Notes under the pieces: model-generated
The model's input: only the letters and a program-made list of their open reading frames with translations
Database searches by the model: none
Told to the model about the DNA's origin: nothing
Origin: Hypanus sabinus
Taxonomy: Eukaryota
DNA: 64,000 bases
Assembly: GCF_030144855.1 (NCBI RefSeq)
Contig: NW_026781759.1
Location: forward strand, 1-64,000
Direction: 5' to 3'
Position numbers and translations under genes: made by a program
Part shown: positions 61,381 through 64,000 of the stretch, in pieces
How the letters are laid out: each line of letters opens with the position of its first letter
How positions within the stretch are numbered: position 1 is the first letter of the stretch

Positions 61381-63249
61381 TTCCTGTTTATCGCGGGGAT
61401 GTTCAGAGTTCATGTTACAACACTAGGTGGCAGCACAGGGTAGCGTTTGACAGCCACATATTCTGTCTCGAACCGCCAACACTTGTCCAGCCTTCTCCTC
61501 CTGCTCCAGTAACCCCCGATATCACAGAGACAAGAATTCTACTTGATATGGCAACTGCTCTACAGTTACCAGCAGGAACTCCAGAAAAATAAACGTCCAC
61601 ACAGCTCAGTCGATCTCGGATGCATCCCCCGTCTAACATTTCCTTCTGTCAGAGGAGCGTAGTCGCCAGCCTCCAGTCGGGCGGAGGACTCAATGATCTG
61701 AATGTGCATACTAACAATCGCAAGGGCAGCCTGTTCTCCCGCTGTTATTCAACTCTCGAGTGTCTCATTTTTACGGGACGATGGCACTTTGACATGTACC
61801 GCTGACGTCCGGATGAACCTCATTATGGTTCTGTGCATCTGCTCCGCTTTCTTTCTGGAGATCTTGAACTTTATTGATGTTTCATATTCCACATCAGTGC
61901 ACCGTGTACTGACTATACATCCGTGAACAAGCTTGTGACTGCATCTTGTTTAGAGTGTGACAATAACAAGTCGGTGTCAATACCAGCAGCGGTATCCGCC
62001 ATAGCTGCTGACTGACCCGCTGGAGTTTTCCTACTACTTTGCCGATGACACTAAATTGAGCGGTAAAACAAATTGTCACGGGTGAACACATGAAGCCGCG
62101 CTCCTCAACCCTACCTTAGATGATACGTAAGAGCCGTCCACTCACGATTGCAAAGACCCATAGCATTACCATCGGCTACTAGGAACCGTCTGTAGAATGC
62201 AGGCAGATTGAAGGCTGGATATTAATATGTTCTTCTTTGTCTATATTCGGATTCCGCCAATGATCCCGAGTCTGCTGCAGGGGGCGCTGTTGGACCATGA
62301 CGCACCTAATGTGCAGATCCATCTGTCAGCAGAACAGCTGCATTTTGACGGGACTTTGAGATGTCGGGTCGTGATAACTGTCCTATCATCGGGCAGAGGC
62401 TTTCATTCGCAAGATCTCTTGCGCTGCAATCTGTTCTGCATCCACTGCAATTCAACCATTGCACTGTCGAATAGGCCGGCGTGGTAATCACGCTCAAACT
62501 CTGCCACCCCTATCCCTTGGAAATGATGCGGCAGTTCCTTCCACATCCTTGAACGCTTTATCTATTGCTATTGCAGTTAACAAGAATTAGGTCAACNNNN
62601 NNNNNNNNNNNNNNNNNNNNNNNNNNNNNNNNNNNNNNNNNNNNNNNNNNNNNNNNNNNNNNNNNNNNNNNNNNNNNNNNNNNNNNNNNNNNNNNNNNNN
62701 NNNNNNNNNNNNNNNNNNNNNNNNNNNNNNNNNNNNNNNNNNNNNNNNNNNNNNNNNGAGATGGACAGACAGTGAGACAGCCGAACGATGGATAGATAGT
62801 TGATCGATTGAGCGAATAGATACCAAGACGGCGAGGTGAAGGGAGAAAATGACCGGAAAAGAAATAAGAAAGTCGGAAAGTGAAACAAATGGAAAGAAGA
62901 TTGAAAGAATGAGGAGAGAGACAGACAGAAGGAAAGAAACAACGAAAGTGAATTTATTATCATCGTAATTGCAGCTTTCCACATGATACCCCGAGATTCG
63001 ATTTGAGACAGGCACTAACAGTATAATAAATAAGTACAATAGAATAAATGGGGAAAAATAAATTACACACAATGATAGAAAATGAATCAGCGTTATAAAG
63101 ATAAACTGGGAAAAAAACAAAGAAATAAATAATTCAGAAATAAGTAGGTAGATAGATAAATAGAGAAATACATAAGTAAATAAATAAATAGACAGATAAC
63201 TAAATCGGCAAATAAATAATATATGTTTAGACCGATAAATAAATATATA

Positions 63250-63480
63250 AATAACTGCTAGTCTTTAAAAACAATACATTGATAAAACGAGGTGCAGAAA
63301 GTGAGACCTGTTCAACGTCGTGATCAATAAATTTACCAAACACTGGTAAATGACTGTGCTGGATGAAAGACTGTAATTCTTCCTCATCGCGGTCGTGTGG
63401 CTCCTGAGGTTCCTCTAGTTCTTCCCGGTAGCAGCAGCGAACAGAGAGGGTGGCCTGCATGGCGAGTGTCCTTAACGTTG
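63250..63480 (-). mobile_element. Rex1/Babar-type 3' fragment
   Basis: tcttcccggtagcagcagcgaacagagagggtggcctgcatgg..ggctgctttcct, typical of this family. Confidence 0.5.
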
Positions 63481-64000
63481 GAGGCTGCTTTCCTCGTCAT
63501 TCCATGCTCCCGATGTGGAGATGATCATTGATCAGGCTGGCCAATCTGGTGTACTGGGCCGCATCCACCGCTAATGCCCCAGCCAAATCCGGAATGGCTG
63601 AGGCGTTGCCCAGCCTTCTTTGAAATTAGAATTGAATCGATTCCGGCCGTGCAGGTGGAACAGTCGTCGACTTCTCTGCCGATTGGAATGGGACAGTCAA
63701 CCACCGATCAATGCGCACCGCGGAACACGGGCTACACCATTTTGTAGTCGTACAGACAGCGTCCCGACCAGGCAGAAGTAACTCTCTTCTATTCCGCCGG
63801 AGCGGTCTAATCAACGCTGCACATCTGAGACCTACACGACCACGGATACCAGCAGCACTGTCTCGCACTCTCTCCCCGACATCTATTTCTGCGCCAAGAG
63901 TAGCGCCCAGAGCCGGAGAAGGGGAGTCGCTGCTGACAAAATCCTTCTGCGCAGTCGCTGCAACACTCTGGGCCAGAGAGAAGATTCACTTTCCGTCTCG

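Noticed and set aside
1-64000. D segments, intact J segments, constant exons or germline-joined VDJ genes
   Set aside because: I saw no 12-RSS, no GGGACAGGGG-type D-beta core between RSSs and no C-domain exon. Every V ends in an unrearranged heptamer. A weak signal could have been missed by eye.
1-64000. CRISPR arrays or prokaryotic systems
   Set aside because: The sequence is vertebrate with spliced V genes and LINE/SINE debris; no repeat-spacer arrays. Recurrent short motifs are RSSs and promoter elements.

Overview
Vertebrate genomic DNA: part of a germline T-cell receptor V-segment array, most likely TCR beta (TRB) of a cartilaginous fish. The host is inferred from shark/ray-type CR1, V-SINE, Rex-Babar and Tc1 repeats. 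TRB is inferred from TRBV30-like V sequences ending CAWS, 23-bp-spacer RSSs and CRE/decamer-like promoter motifs; no D, intact J or C exon is in the window, so the chain assignment is not proven. I resolve 18 V loci: 11 with an open V exon and RSS, 6 clear pseudogenes and 1 collapsed relic. Most have a 37-nt leader exon and a phase-1 intron. Orientation flips at about 31 kb (9 of 10 loci on the left are minus, 7 of 8 on the right are plus), with inverted paralog pairs across that point. The most notable items are a divergent cysteine-rich V family (29.8 kb, pseudogene copy at 51.4 kb), a family with a germline C-x-C at the CDR3 start, CTCF-like motifs 3' of several RSSs, a CpG-rich non-consensus heptamer (CACGGCG), a tandem second RSS-like element, and a gene-conversion-like signature between inverted V copies. 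The rest is retroelement/transposon debris, simple repeats and 8 assembly gaps. All alignments were done by eye; no database searches were run.
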